Of a stretch of DNA of 64,000 bases, positions 28,308 to 36,636 are shown piece by piece. The stretch lies in the NCBI GenBank assembly GCA_964372395.1, contig CAYJQV010000003.1:11124-75123 (forward strand). Direction: 5' to 3'. The notes below the pieces were generated by a model. That model ran no database searches. It saw nothing but the letters and a program-made list of their open reading frames with translations, and had not been told where the DNA came from. The translations under genes were made by a program, and so were the position numbers. Position 1 is the stretch's first letter; each line of letters begins with the position of its first letter. This stretch comes from an uncultured Planctomycetia bacterium. Lineage in GTDB: Bacteria; Omnitrophota; Gorgyraeia; 1-14-0-20-64-10.

Positions 28308-29279
28308 GACACCTTCCTCTTCCCCGACTTTCCGCGCGCCACCCTTTCCCTGCGCGGCGGGGACCGTGTGGAATTCCTGCATCGGTTGGTGAGCCATGAT
28401 ATCAAAGGCCTTCCCGTCGGACAAGCGCGCCCCGCCTGCCTTCTCGACCGCCAGGGGAGGATCCTCTTTGCGGCTCTGGTGCACGCCCGGCGGGATGAGC
28501 TTCTGCTGGAGGTGGATCCGGGGTCCCTTGCCACGGCACAAGCCCAACTCGAGCGCTATCTGATCTCCGAGAAGGTGGAATGGTCGGACGCGGCGGACCG
28601 ATTCCGGATCCTCCCCTTGCACGGGCCCGCCGGCGCGGAAATCCTCCGTGCCGTGTGGCCGGAGCTGCGCCTGCCCGAACAGAACCTCGCCCATCTTCCC
28701 GGCCCGGAGGGCAGCCCGGTTCGCCTCATCGCCCGATGGGACCTGTTCGGCCGGCCGGGAGTTCAACTCTGGGTGGAGCCATCCCGGCGGGAGGAGGTCC
28801 TGGCAAAGCTTTCGCAGGGAGGAAAACCCTTCGGCCTGAAGGCTGGCTCCCAGGAGCTCTTTCACGCGCTGCGGATCGAGGCGGGCGTCCCCTGGCCCGG
28901 AGCCGAGATGACGGCGGAGGTCATCCTGAACGAGCTGGGGAGCGAGGAGTGGGTGAGCTTCACCAAGGGCTGCTTCATCGGCCAGGAGATTGTCGCCCGG
29001 ATCAAGTACCGGGCTCACCCCCCGCGCTTGCTGACGGGGTTCTTCGTGGAGGCAACGGCGGCACCCCCTGCGCCCGTGCCCGTCCATGCGGGCACCGGCA
29101 CCGCCCAGACGCAGCGGGCCGCCGGCCTCATCACCTCCGCCTGCCTCTCTCCCAGCCTGAACCGGCCCATCGCCCTCGGCTTCCTCCAGTACGGGCTGGA
29201 GGGCTCCGACCTCACGCTCCAGCTCCCCGGCGGAAAGAGCCAGCGGGTCGCCCCCACCGTCCTGCCCTTCGCCCGTTAG
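28308..29279 (+). CDS. YgfZ/GcvT-like folate-binding protein (Fe-S protein maturation)
   Basis: GcvT-like fold with the YgfZ signature KGCFIGQE. I place the start at the GTG (VNDTFLFPDFP...); the ORF-track start at 27939 overlaps the minus-strand DUF971 gene and is rejected. Confidence 0.7.
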   Translation, partial: DTFLFPDFPRATLSLRGGDRVEFLHRLVSHDIKGLPVGQARPACLLDRQGRILFAALVHARRDELLLEVDPGSLATAQAQLERYLISEKVEWSDAADRFRILPLHGPAGAEILRAVWPELRLPEQNLAHLPGPEGSPVRLIARWDLFGRPGVQLWVEPSRREEVLAKLSQGGKPFGLKAGSQELFHALRIEAGVPWPGAEMTAEVILNELGSEEWVSFTKGCFIGQEIVARIKYRAHPPRLLTGFFVEATAAPPAPVPVHAGTGTAQTQRAAGLITSACLSPSLNRPIALGFLQYGLEGSDLTLQLPGGKSQRVAPTVLPFAR

Positions 29280-29932
29280 CGGTGGTGGGTGACGCCGACC
29301 CTGGGGCAGAAACAGCGGATCGGGCAGCGGCTGCACCAGGGCGAGATCGGCCGGCAGAGGGACTGCCCGAAGCTGACCAGGAGATCGTTGTACCGGATCC
29401 AGTACCGTTTGGGCAGCTTCGCGCGCAGCGCCATCTCCGTCTGCTCCGGCCTCTTCGTCCGCACGTAGCCCAGCCGGTTGGAGATCCGGTGAACGTGGGT
29501 ATCCACGCAGATGCCGAGGCGATGGAACCCCACCGTGACGACGAGGTTCGCGCTCTTTCGCCCGACGCCGGGCAGTGACAGAAGATCCTCGATCCGGCCG
29601 GGCACCTTCCCCAGGAACCGGCCCAGCAGATGCTGACAGATCTGGTGGATCCTCCGCGCCTTTGTCCGGTAGAAGCCGACCGGATAGATGAGCCGCTCGA
29701 TCGAGCGGACAGGCAGATTCAGGAGCTGCTGAGGGGTCCGGGCGCGGGCGAAGAGCCGGGCAGAGGCCGGGCCCGTCACCTCGTCCTTCGTGCGCAGGGA
29801 CAGCAGGCAGGAGATGAGGATCCGGAAGGGATCTTTCGTCTTGCGACTGACCTGGGTAACGGCCGGAACGGACCAGGAAGGCGCGGCCCGCTCCAACCGG
29901 CGGATCACCGCATGGATGTCCCGGTCACGCAC
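29276..29932 (-). CDS. nth: endonuclease III
   Basis: HhH-GPD (LPGVGRKSANLVV...GICVDTHVHRI) and a C-terminal 4Fe-4S cluster CRPISPWCSRCPIRCFC. Confidence 0.9.
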   Translation of the reverse strand: MRDRDIHAVIRRLERAAPSWSVPAVTQVSRKTKDPFRILISCLLSLRTKDEVTGPASARLFARARTPQQLLNLPVRSIERLIYPVGFYRTKARRIHQICQHLLGRFLGKVPGRIEDLLSLPGVGRKSANLVVTVGFHRLGICVDTHVHRISNRLGYVRTKRPEQTEMALRAKLPKRYWIRYNDLLVSFGQSLCRPISPWCSRCPIRCFCPRVGVTHHR

Positions 29933-29944
29933 GCGGGGAGGTGG

Positions 29945-30172
29945 TTAGCGAAGGACCAGCTCGGTGTCGGTGGCCCGCACGCCTTCCAGCCGGCGGATCT
30001 TGGAGACGATCACCGCCAGCTCCTCGTACGGCTCCGCATCCACGAAGGCGATCATGTCATGGGCGCCCGTCACCTGATAGACGAACTGCACGCCGGGCAT
30101 CTTGGCAACCGCCCCCTGGGCGTCGCCCTCCCGGCCCGGGTGAACATCGATCATGACAAACGCCTTCGGCAT
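29945..30172 (-). CDS. stand-alone Lrp/AsnC C-terminal (RAM) domain protein
   Basis: A 75-aa beta-alpha-beta-beta-alpha-beta pattern (MPKAFVMIDVHPGREGDA...VQFVYQVTGAHDMIAFVDA...) resembling the AsnC ligand-binding domain. Confidence 0.55.
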   Translation of the reverse strand: MPKAFVMIDVHPGREGDAQGAVAKMPGVQFVYQVTGAHDMIAFVDAEPYEELAVIVSKIRRLEGVRATDTELVLR

Positions 30173-30214
30173 GGGCCTATTATACCCTAAGGGCCACCCT
30201 ATCTCAGAGGGGGC

Positions 30215-30850
30215 TTAAAACTTTCGGAACAGGCCCACCACCCGGCCGAGGAGCCGGACCGACCGGTCGCGGGGATGCACGAAGATCGGCTCCATCGCCG
30301 GGTTCTCCGGCTGGAGGCGGATCCGGCCTCCCCGCAGCCGGTAGAAGCGCTTGACCGTTGCCTCCCCCTCGATGAGGACCGCCACGATCTGGCCGTTCTC
30401 GGCCTCCGCCTGCGGGCGGATCACCACATAATCTCCATCGGCGATCCCGGCGCCGGTCATGCTCTCCCCGTGCACCCGAACCGCGAAGCAGCCCGGTCCC
30501 GGGACCCAGCGGGGATCCACCGCCAGCCGCTCCTCGATCTGCTCCTCCGCCAGCAGCGGCTGGCCAGCGGCGATGCGCCCCAGCACCGGAAGGAGAATCG
30601 GCACCGGCGTGACCTTCCCTGGCCCCCGCCCGGCTGCGGGCAGCAGCCGGATGCCGCGGGCGAGGCGGCTCCGCTCGATGTACCCCTTGCGAGCCAGCGC
30701 GTCCAGATGGATCGTGACACCCCGAAGTGACTTCAAGGCCAAGCCCTCCCTGAGCTCTCGAATGGTTGGGGGAGCCCCATCCTGCGACAGATGTCTCCGT
30801 ATCAGATCCAGCACCTGCTTCTGTCGTTGGGTCGGAGGCAACTTCTTCAT
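30215..30850 (-). CDS. lexA: LexA repressor
   Basis: MKKLPPTQRQKQVLDLI... winged HTH, cleavage site AAG (GRIAAGQP), and S24 peptidase Ser/Lys (GESMTGAGI...TVKRF). I place the start at about 30848-30850. Confidence 0.9.
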   Translation of the reverse strand: MKKLPPTQRQKQVLDLIRRHLSQDGAPPTIRELREGLALKSLRGVTIHLDALARKGYIERSRLARGIRLLPAAGRGPGKVTPVPILLPVLGRIAAGQPLLAEEQIEERLAVDPRWVPGPGCFAVRVHGESMTGAGIADGDYVVIRPQAEAENGQIVAVLIEGEATVKRFYRLRGGRIRLQPENPAMEPIFVHPRDRSVRLLGRVVGLFRKF

Positions 30851-30857
30851 ACCCACA

Positions 30858-30875
30858 GGATAGGAGACATCCGTC
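30858..30875. promoter_or_regulatory. perfect palindrome GACATCC-N4-GGATGTC immediately upstream of lexA (candidate SOS operator)
   Basis: GACATCCGTCTGGATGTC lies about 10-25 nt upstream of the lexA ATG. It does not match the E. coli or Cheo-box consensus. Confidence 0.35.
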
Positions 30876-30897
30876 TGGATGTCAAGCGGAATGGGGT

Positions 30898-32124
30898 CTA
30901 CTTTTCGCCTGCGAGGCGGGCTTGAGGCAGGGAACCGCCCCGGGCCGTCAGGATCCTCTCGATGGCATCCCCGATCACTCGGTTCGGGGTGGAGGCGCCG
31001 GCCGTGACCGCCACGGTCACGGGGCCCGGGGGGAGCCAGCCGTCGGTGACCACCGGCTCCGCCTTCCCCACCGGCTTGTGACGGATCTGCCGGGCGGAAA
31101 GGATGCAATCGGCCTCATCGATGTGGTAGGTCGGCGCGTGCTGGGAGGCGATCTCGGAAAGATGGCTGGTGTTGCTGGAGTTGAACCCTCCGATCACGAT
31201 CACGACATCCGCCGGCTCCCGAACGAGCTCCAGGATCGCGTCCTGCCGGTCCTGCGTGGCGCTGCAGATCGTGTCGAAGGTCCGGAAGTGCTCGCCCACC
31301 CGCTCCTCGCCGTACCGGGCGGCGCAGGCCTCGCGCAGCAGGCCGGCGATCTCCAGCGACTCGCTGGAGAGCATGGTTGTCTGGTTGGCCACCCCCACGC
31401 GCTGGAGGTCCCGGTCCGGGTCAAAACCGGGCGAGCTCTTGGAGGAAAAGAAGCCGATGAACTGATCCCTGCCCTGCCCGGTCCGGATGTAGTCGCAGAC
31501 GCGGCCCGCCTCCGCCTTGTCCCAGACGACCAGGTAGCGCCCCCGCGGGAACTGCGCCGCCCGGGAGACGGTGGCCCGCGTTTCCTCATGACGGTAGTTG
31601 CCGTGCACCACCGCGGTGAATCCGTCCCGCGCGTACTGCTCCACCCGCTTCCAGACCAGCACCACCGACCCGCAGGTGGCGTCCACGAGGACCGAGCCCT
31701 TCGCCCTCAGCAGCTCCATCTCCTCCACCCGCGTGCCGAAGGCCGCGATGATCACCACGTCCTCGGGCCGCAGGTCCTCGATCCGCCGGTCCTGGGCACC
31801 CGGGCCGTTGAGGAACCCGATCCCCATCTCCCGCAGGCAGTGGTTCACCCGCGGGTTGTGGATGAGCTCGGTGGTGAGGAAGATGCGCCGGTCCGGGAAG
31901 CGTTTCCGCGTCTCGTACGCGTAGTCCACAGCACGCTCGACCCCGTAGCAGAAGCCGAACTCCTTCGCCAGCCGGAAGGTGATCTCCCCGACGCGGAGGG
32001 TGTTCCCGCGAGCCCGGATCTCCTCCACCAGGCGGCTGCGGTAATCCTGATTCAGATCCTCCTCGACCTGCTCCTTCAGCCCGAAGCCGCGTTGGAAGAT
32101 CTGGGCGCCTTGGATCTCAGTCAT
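30898..32124 (-). CDS. ispH: 4-hydroxy-3-methylbut-2-enyl diphosphate reductase (long form)
   Basis: The LytB fold has three conserved Cys (FGFCYGV, ...DATCGSV..., ...FDTICSATQDRQ) plus an extra C-terminal domain. I place the start at MTEIQG, about 32122-32124. Confidence 0.9.
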   Translation of the reverse strand: MTEIQGAQIFQRGFGLKEQVEEDLNQDYRSRLVEEIRARGNTLRVGEITFRLAKEFGFCYGVERAVDYAYETRKRFPDRRIFLTTELIHNPRVNHCLREMGIGFLNGPGAQDRRIEDLRPEDVVIIAAFGTRVEEMELLRAKGSVLVDATCGSVVLVWKRVEQYARDGFTAVVHGNYRHEETRATVSRAAQFPRGRYLVVWDKAEAGRVCDYIRTGQGRDQFIGFFSSKSSPGFDPDRDLQRVGVANQTTMLSSESLEIAGLLREACAARYGEERVGEHFRTFDTICSATQDRQDAILELVREPADVVIVIGGFNSSNTSHLSEIASQHAPTYHIDEADCILSARQIRHKPVGKAEPVVTDGWLPPGPVTVAVTAGASTPNRVIGDAIERILTARGGSLPQARLAGEK

Positions 32125-32146
32125 GGTGAAGCTCCATTCTATCGGC

Positions 32147-32175
32147 TTGGAAGGGCAAAAGCAACGCGCTATAAT
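32147..32175 (+). promoter_or_regulatory. sigma70-like promoter TTGGAA-N17-TATAAT, 10 nt upstream of pepM ATG (near-leaderless)
   Basis: ttggaagggcaaaagcaacgcgctataat, then ggcgttttcgATG. This is the best -35/-10 pair I found in the window. Confidence 0.5.
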
Positions 32176-32185
32176 GGCGTTTTCG

Positions 32186-33844
32186 ATGAAGGCGAAACGT
32201 TTCCGCGAATTGCTGGCTCGGCCGGGCCCGGTGGTCCTGGCCGGCGCCCACGACGCCCTCAGCGCCAAGCTGGTGGAGCGGGCCGGCTTTGACGCCGTCT
32301 GGGTTTCCAGCTTCGGCCTCTCCGCCGCCCAGAGATCGATGCCGGACGCCAATGTCCTCACCATGACGGAGACCCTCGAGGCGGCCCGCGCGATCAACCA
32401 CGCGGTCGGGATCCCGGTCATCGCCGACTGCGACAACGGCTACGGCAACGCGATCAACGTCATGCGCACCGTCACCGAATTCTGCGAGGCGGGCATGGCC
32501 GGCATCTCCATCGAGGACAGCACCTTCCCGAAGCGCTGCTCGCTCTACCCCGGCCGGCACGAGCTGGTCTCGGTCGAGGAGATGAGCGGGCGGATCCGAG
32601 CCGCCAAGAGCGCCTGTCCCAATCCCGACTTCCTCCTCATCGCCCGGACCGAAGCGCTCATCGCCGGGCTGGGCCTGGAAGAGGCGTTCCAGCGGGCGCG
32701 GGCCTATCGCCAAGCCGGCGCCGACGCGCTGCTCGTCCATTCGAAGGCCCGCTCCGCCCAGGAGGTTCTCGCCTTTGCGCAGGGCTGGAAGGAGGGGCCG
32801 CCGCTGGTGGTGGTTCCCACCATGTTCCCCAACGCAAGCGTCCAGGAGCTCTCCCAGGCGGGGTTCAAGGTGATCATCTTCGCAAACCACGCCCTGCGCG
32901 CTGCCGTGGCCGCCATGCGCGAGCAGCTCGGCCGCCTGCGGAAGGAAGGGCGAGCGGAGGTCCTGGACGGCTCCATCGCCCCTCTCGATGAGGTGTACGA
33001 TCTGGTCGGGGTGGAGGCGCTCCACGCGCAGGAGGAGGCGTTCCTGCCCGCCCCGCGCGAGCCGGTCCGATCCGTGATCCTGGCCGCCGGCTTCGACCAG
33101 CAGCTCCTGCCCCTGGTCGAGGACCGCCCGAAGGCGATGCTGGAGATCAAGGGCCGCTCCATCCTGGAGCGGCAGATCGGCCTGCTCCAATCGGTCGGCA
33201 TCACCGACATCACCGTGGTGCGCGGCTACCAGGCGCAGGCGGTCCAGCTGCCTCAGGTCCGCTTCGTGGACAACCCCCGCTTCGCGGAGCAGGGGATTGC
33301 TGCATCCCTCTTCGCCGCAGAATCGGTTCTCACCGGACGGACCCTCATCCTCTATGGGGACATCCTGTTCGACCGGGCCATCCTCGAGAAGCTGCTCCAG
33401 TCCCAGCAGGAGGTGAGTCTCATCGTGGACCGGGCCTGGTTCGACCTGTACCGGACCGAGGGGCGCTCGCCCGAGGGGGCGGATCTGGTGCAGACCGCCG
33501 AGCCGCCGGTGCGCAGTCACCGTTTCCTCGCCTCCGAGCAGCCGCTCACCGTGCAGCGGATCGGCCAGCGGATCGACAAGCGGCAGGCGACCGCGGAGTT
33601 CGTGGGGCTGGCGCTTCTGTCTGCGAATGGAACCGATTGGCTGAAGGAGGCCTACCGGCAGGGATCCCAGGCCCCGGCCGACCAGCCGTACCACGAGGCG
33701 GCCTGCTTCGCGCAGGCCTCGCTCACCGACCTCTTCCAGGAGCTGATTGACCGCGGCCAGCCCGTGCAGGCGATCGAGACGTACAAGGGCTGGATCGAGG
33801 TGGACACCTTCGAGGATTACCGCCGGGCCTGGTCGAAGCTGTAG
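32186..33844 (+). CDS. pepM: phosphoenolpyruvate mutase fused to C-terminal LicC/PntC-type phosphonate cytidylyltransferase
   Basis: N-terminal ICL/PEPM fold (...AHDALSAKLVERAGFDAVWVSSFGLSAA...IADCDNGYGN...). The C-terminal roughly 240 aa has a nucleotidyltransferase fold (VILAAGFDQQLLPL...IETYKGWIEVDTFEDYRRA). I prefer the start MKAKRF at 32186; the ORF track begins at 32123. Confidence 0.85.
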   Translation: MKAKRFRELLARPGPVVLAGAHDALSAKLVERAGFDAVWVSSFGLSAAQRSMPDANVLTMTETLEAARAINHAVGIPVIADCDNGYGNAINVMRTVTEFCEAGMAGISIEDSTFPKRCSLYPGRHELVSVEEMSGRIRAAKSACPNPDFLLIARTEALIAGLGLEEAFQRARAYRQAGADALLVHSKARSAQEVLAFAQGWKEGPPLVVVPTMFPNASVQELSQAGFKVIIFANHALRAAVAAMREQLGRLRKEGRAEVLDGSIAPLDEVYDLVGVEALHAQEEAFLPAPREPVRSVILAAGFDQQLLPLVEDRPKAMLEIKGRSILERQIGLLQSVGITDITVVRGYQAQAVQLPQVRFVDNPRFAEQGIAASLFAAESVLTGRTLILYGDILFDRAILEKLLQSQQEVSLIVDRAWFDLYRTEGRSPEGADLVQTAEPPVRSHRFLASEQPLTVQRIGQRIDKRQATAEFVGLALLSANGTDWLKEAYRQGSQAPADQPYHEAACFAQASLTDLFQELIDRGQPVQAIETYKGWIEVDTFEDYRRAWSKL

Positions 33845-33864
33845 AGCCGGTTTTGAGGCCCGCT

Positions 33865-35226
33865 CTATAGCCGCGCTCTCTCCTTCCAGAAGTACCGAAT
33901 CCAGAAAACCTGACAGCCCACCGCCAGAGCGAAAAGGAAGGCAAGCTTCGCCTGCAGAAGCAGCACCGCAACAACCAGGAGAGAGAAGTTCTCGTGAGTC
34001 AGATTTCTCCTCAACCAGCCGATCCCGCGCCCAGCCCGTTCGCTCCTGACGCCCCGTGAGGGGTCTCCGAAAATCGTGGGGCCGAATCCCCTCACCTTGG
34101 CCCAGAGGGTGACGAAGAAGTCCAGCGCGATCCCAAGAGCCGCGACCACACCCAGCGCCGTCGCCCACCCGGGGCCTCCGGCCCGCTGAACGCCTGCTGC
34201 CAGCCCAAGCACCAGGGCCATCTGCACCACCATGTCCACAATCGGATCAAACCAGCCGCCCCATCGGGTGCTCTGCCCGCGCAGGCGGGCCACCTCCCCG
34301 TCCCAGTCGTCCGTGAGATAAAAGAGCTGAAACAAGATCGCCGCGGTCACGTCCCCGCGCCGCGTTCCCTCTGCCGCGCACGCGGCGGCCCCCAACCCCA
34401 GGAACAGCCCAAGGAACGTCCACTGATTCGGGGTAACCGGAAGACGGATCACCCACGGGAGGAACCATCCGGCGATCTGCCTGTTCCAGCAGGGAGCCGG
34501 CTTCCACTGGGGATAGATCTCTTTCCGCGCCTTCTCCTGGTCCGCCGGCGTGTCAATCTCCGTCCAGGCCATCCCGTCCATGCTCTCCCGGCCCACCGGC
34601 GTTTTCTCAAAAAGCTCGGGATAAACCTGCTCGTGCTCGATTTGGGTCATCCCCGCGCGAACCTTCTCCTCCAGGAGCTCCCTCAAGAGATGCGCTCCTT
34701 CCTCCGACAGCTTCAGGAATCCGACCGACTCCCCGTACCGATCCATCCGCTGACGGATCTCCTCGGGAGGGCGCTTGGTGATCTGCAGAACCCGCCCCTC
34801 GCGCCCGAACACCATCTGCTCTTCTCCGGTGTCCGGGGCCTTGGCATCCACCAGGAGGCAGCTGGCATGGCGGGATCCGACGAGGCGTTCGTAGGCGGCG
34901 GGAGAAACCAGGACATCGGTGTCCATGACGAGGACGGCCCGGTCCAAAAAAGCGCGGGCGCTCCAGAGGGAGAGGATCGCCCCCTCACGGTACCGCTCGT
35001 TTTCGATGACGGTGAGGCGCATCCCGCCCGCCCGGGCGCGGGCCTCCCGGACCACCTCCTCTTTTCCGAAGCCGACCACGATGACCGCCTCAGCGACCCC
35101 CGCCGAACGGAGACTCTCCAGGATCCGGGCGAGCAGGGTTTTACCGCCGACCTCGATCAGGCATTTGGGGCCGGCCCCGGGGCCCATCCGCCGTCCGACC
35201 CCGGCGGCCAGCAGGATCGCGGTCAC
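33865..35226 (-). CDS. bifunctional nucleotidyltransferase / CDP-alcohol phosphotransferase (IPCT/DIPPS-like architecture)
   Basis: N-terminal ILLAAGVGRRMG...PKCLIEVGGKTLL (sugar/alcohol-phosphate cytidylyltransferase fold). The C-terminal TM domain has the motif DDWDGEVAR-x8-GGWFDPIVD (D-x2-DG-x2-AR-x8-G-x3-D-x3-D). Confidence 0.8.
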   Translation of the reverse strand: MTAILLAAGVGRRMGPGAGPKCLIEVGGKTLLARILESLRSAGVAEAVIVVGFGKEEVVREARARAGGMRLTVIENERYREGAILSLWSARAFLDRAVLVMDTDVLVSPAAYERLVGSRHASCLLVDAKAPDTGEEQMVFGREGRVLQITKRPPEEIRQRMDRYGESVGFLKLSEEGAHLLRELLEEKVRAGMTQIEHEQVYPELFEKTPVGRESMDGMAWTEIDTPADQEKARKEIYPQWKPAPCWNRQIAGWFLPWVIRLPVTPNQWTFLGLFLGLGAAACAAEGTRRGDVTAAILFQLFYLTDDWDGEVARLRGQSTRWGGWFDPIVDMVVQMALVLGLAAGVQRAGGPGWATALGVVAALGIALDFFVTLWAKVRGFGPTIFGDPSRGVRSERAGRGIGWLRRNLTHENFSLLVVAVLLLQAKLAFLFALAVGCQVFWIRYFWKERARL

Positions 35227-35675
35227 GGCTCGATCTGGCCGGAGCGTGTGGGACCGATTGCTTCCCCCTGGGGAGGCCCCACGCAGAGCTCCTCCCCCTG
35301 GCAGGTGACGGGAAAGGTGGGGACGGCGGCGCCGGGCCGGGTGAGGCAGCGGCCGGTCTCCAGATCAAAGAGCCAGCCGTGAATCGGACAGCGCACCGCG
35401 GGCCGCTCCAGCCCGTGCGCCCCGGCATCGGGATCCGCAATCATCTCCACCCGGCCGCGGAAGAGCGGACCGCTCCGGTGGGGGCAGCGATTGCCGACGG
35501 CGTACAGGCGTCCCTGCACGTTGAACACCGCGGCCTCCTTGCCGTGCGCCGGGAGAACCCGCGACTCGCCGGGTGGAGGAGCGGTCCATCGGCCAGACTC
35601 CGGCTGCACTCCCTCCATTAAACCCCGGCGGCGACGCCTCGCCGGAAGGTGGGGATGCCCGGGGCGTACCCCCAT
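35223..35675 (-). CDS. Rieske [2Fe-2S] domain protein (ferredoxin-like, no catalytic domain)
   Basis: CPHRSGPL ... CPIHGWLF (CXH...CXXH) in a 150-aa protein. Confidence 0.7.
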   Translation of the reverse strand: MGVRPGHPHLPARRRRRGLMEGVQPESGRWTAPPPGESRVLPAHGKEAAVFNVQGRLYAVGNRCPHRSGPLFRGRVEMIADPDAGAHGLERPAVRCPIHGWLFDLETGRCLTRPGAAVPTFPVTCQGEELCVGPPQGEAIGPTRSGQIEP

Positions 35676-36622
35676 CGGCGAACCACCTCCAGCGGATCCG
35701 GCTGCCGCCAGGCCTGGTACTTCAGGAGCAGATCCACCCCGTCGCAGGTGCGCTCCAGGTTCGTCTCCATCCCCGGGAAATCGGGCCAGCCGTTCTCATT
35801 CTTGGCCTGCACGATCCATTCCATCGCCTTCTCCAGCGCCGGCCGGGCCCGCTCGTCGGCGCGCAGCATCCGGGAGATGAGCAGGCCGGAGCGGGTGCAG
35901 TCCATCGTGTGGTCCACATTCTTCTCGTCCCACGACCCGTCGGCATCCTGATGCGCGAGGATCCAGTTCAGCCCCTTCTCGCAGACCGGCCGCACCGGCA
36001 GGCCGTCCGGCAGAACCAGCGAGGCAATGACCGAATCCTGCACCAGATGCGCCGTCGTCTCCACACCCGACGGCTGAAAGACCGGGTCGTACCATCCCCC
36101 GTCCTCCGATTGGCCGTCCAGGATGAAGCGCAGGCCCTTCCGCCAGGGCTTCCGGACCGCCCCCCTCATCTTGTCCGTCCCGAGCGCCAGAACGACGTTG
36201 AAGAAGCTGACCGGATGGGACGTCGTGTCGAGATCCCCCCACTCCTTGTCCACCCACCGGCCGTCCGCCGCCTGGGAGGAAAGGAAGTAATCAATCGCCT
36301 TCCAGATCGAGCGCTCAATCTCCGGATTTTCAACGACGGCGTTGGCGCGGATCAGCATGAGCCCGCAGAAGGCGGACACCCAGGCCGCCGACTCCGCCTC
36401 GGTCGACTCCCTGCCCCACCCCCCGTCCGCATGCTGCGTCTGCACCAGCGCCAGATACTCCGCCAGCGATTCCCTCACCCTGCCCATGTGAAGGATCACC
36501 CGCATCGCGTGGGCCACCAGCTCCATGTCCTGCGGCCCCTGCGTCAGACTCCAGCGCGCATGCTCCCGCATGAGGAATGCGTGTTCCGCCTCCGCCAGAC
36601 TCCCCACCCGTTCCAGATCCAT
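35618..36622 (-). CDS. prenyltransferase/squalene-oxidase repeat (alpha/alpha-toroid) protein
   Basis: Repeated QxxDGxW-type motifs (TQHADGGWGRE, SQAADGRWVD, GQSEDGGWYD, HQDADGSWDE). I place the start at MDLERVGS, about 36620-36622, preceded by a GGGGAG RBS. Confidence 0.7.
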   Translation of the reverse strand: MDLERVGSLAEAEHAFLMREHARWSLTQGPQDMELVAHAMRVILHMGRVRESLAEYLALVQTQHADGGWGRESTEAESAAWVSAFCGLMLIRANAVVENPEIERSIWKAIDYFLSSQAADGRWVDKEWGDLDTTSHPVSFFNVVLALGTDKMRGAVRKPWRKGLRFILDGQSEDGGWYDPVFQPSGVETTAHLVQDSVIASLVLPDGLPVRPVCEKGLNWILAHQDADGSWDEKNVDHTMDCTRSGLLISRMLRADERARPALEKAMEWIVQAKNENGWPDFPGMETNLERTCDGVDLLLKYQAWRQPDPLEVVRRWGYAPGIPTFRRGVAAGV

Positions 36623-36636
36623 CGCTCCCCTCCCTT

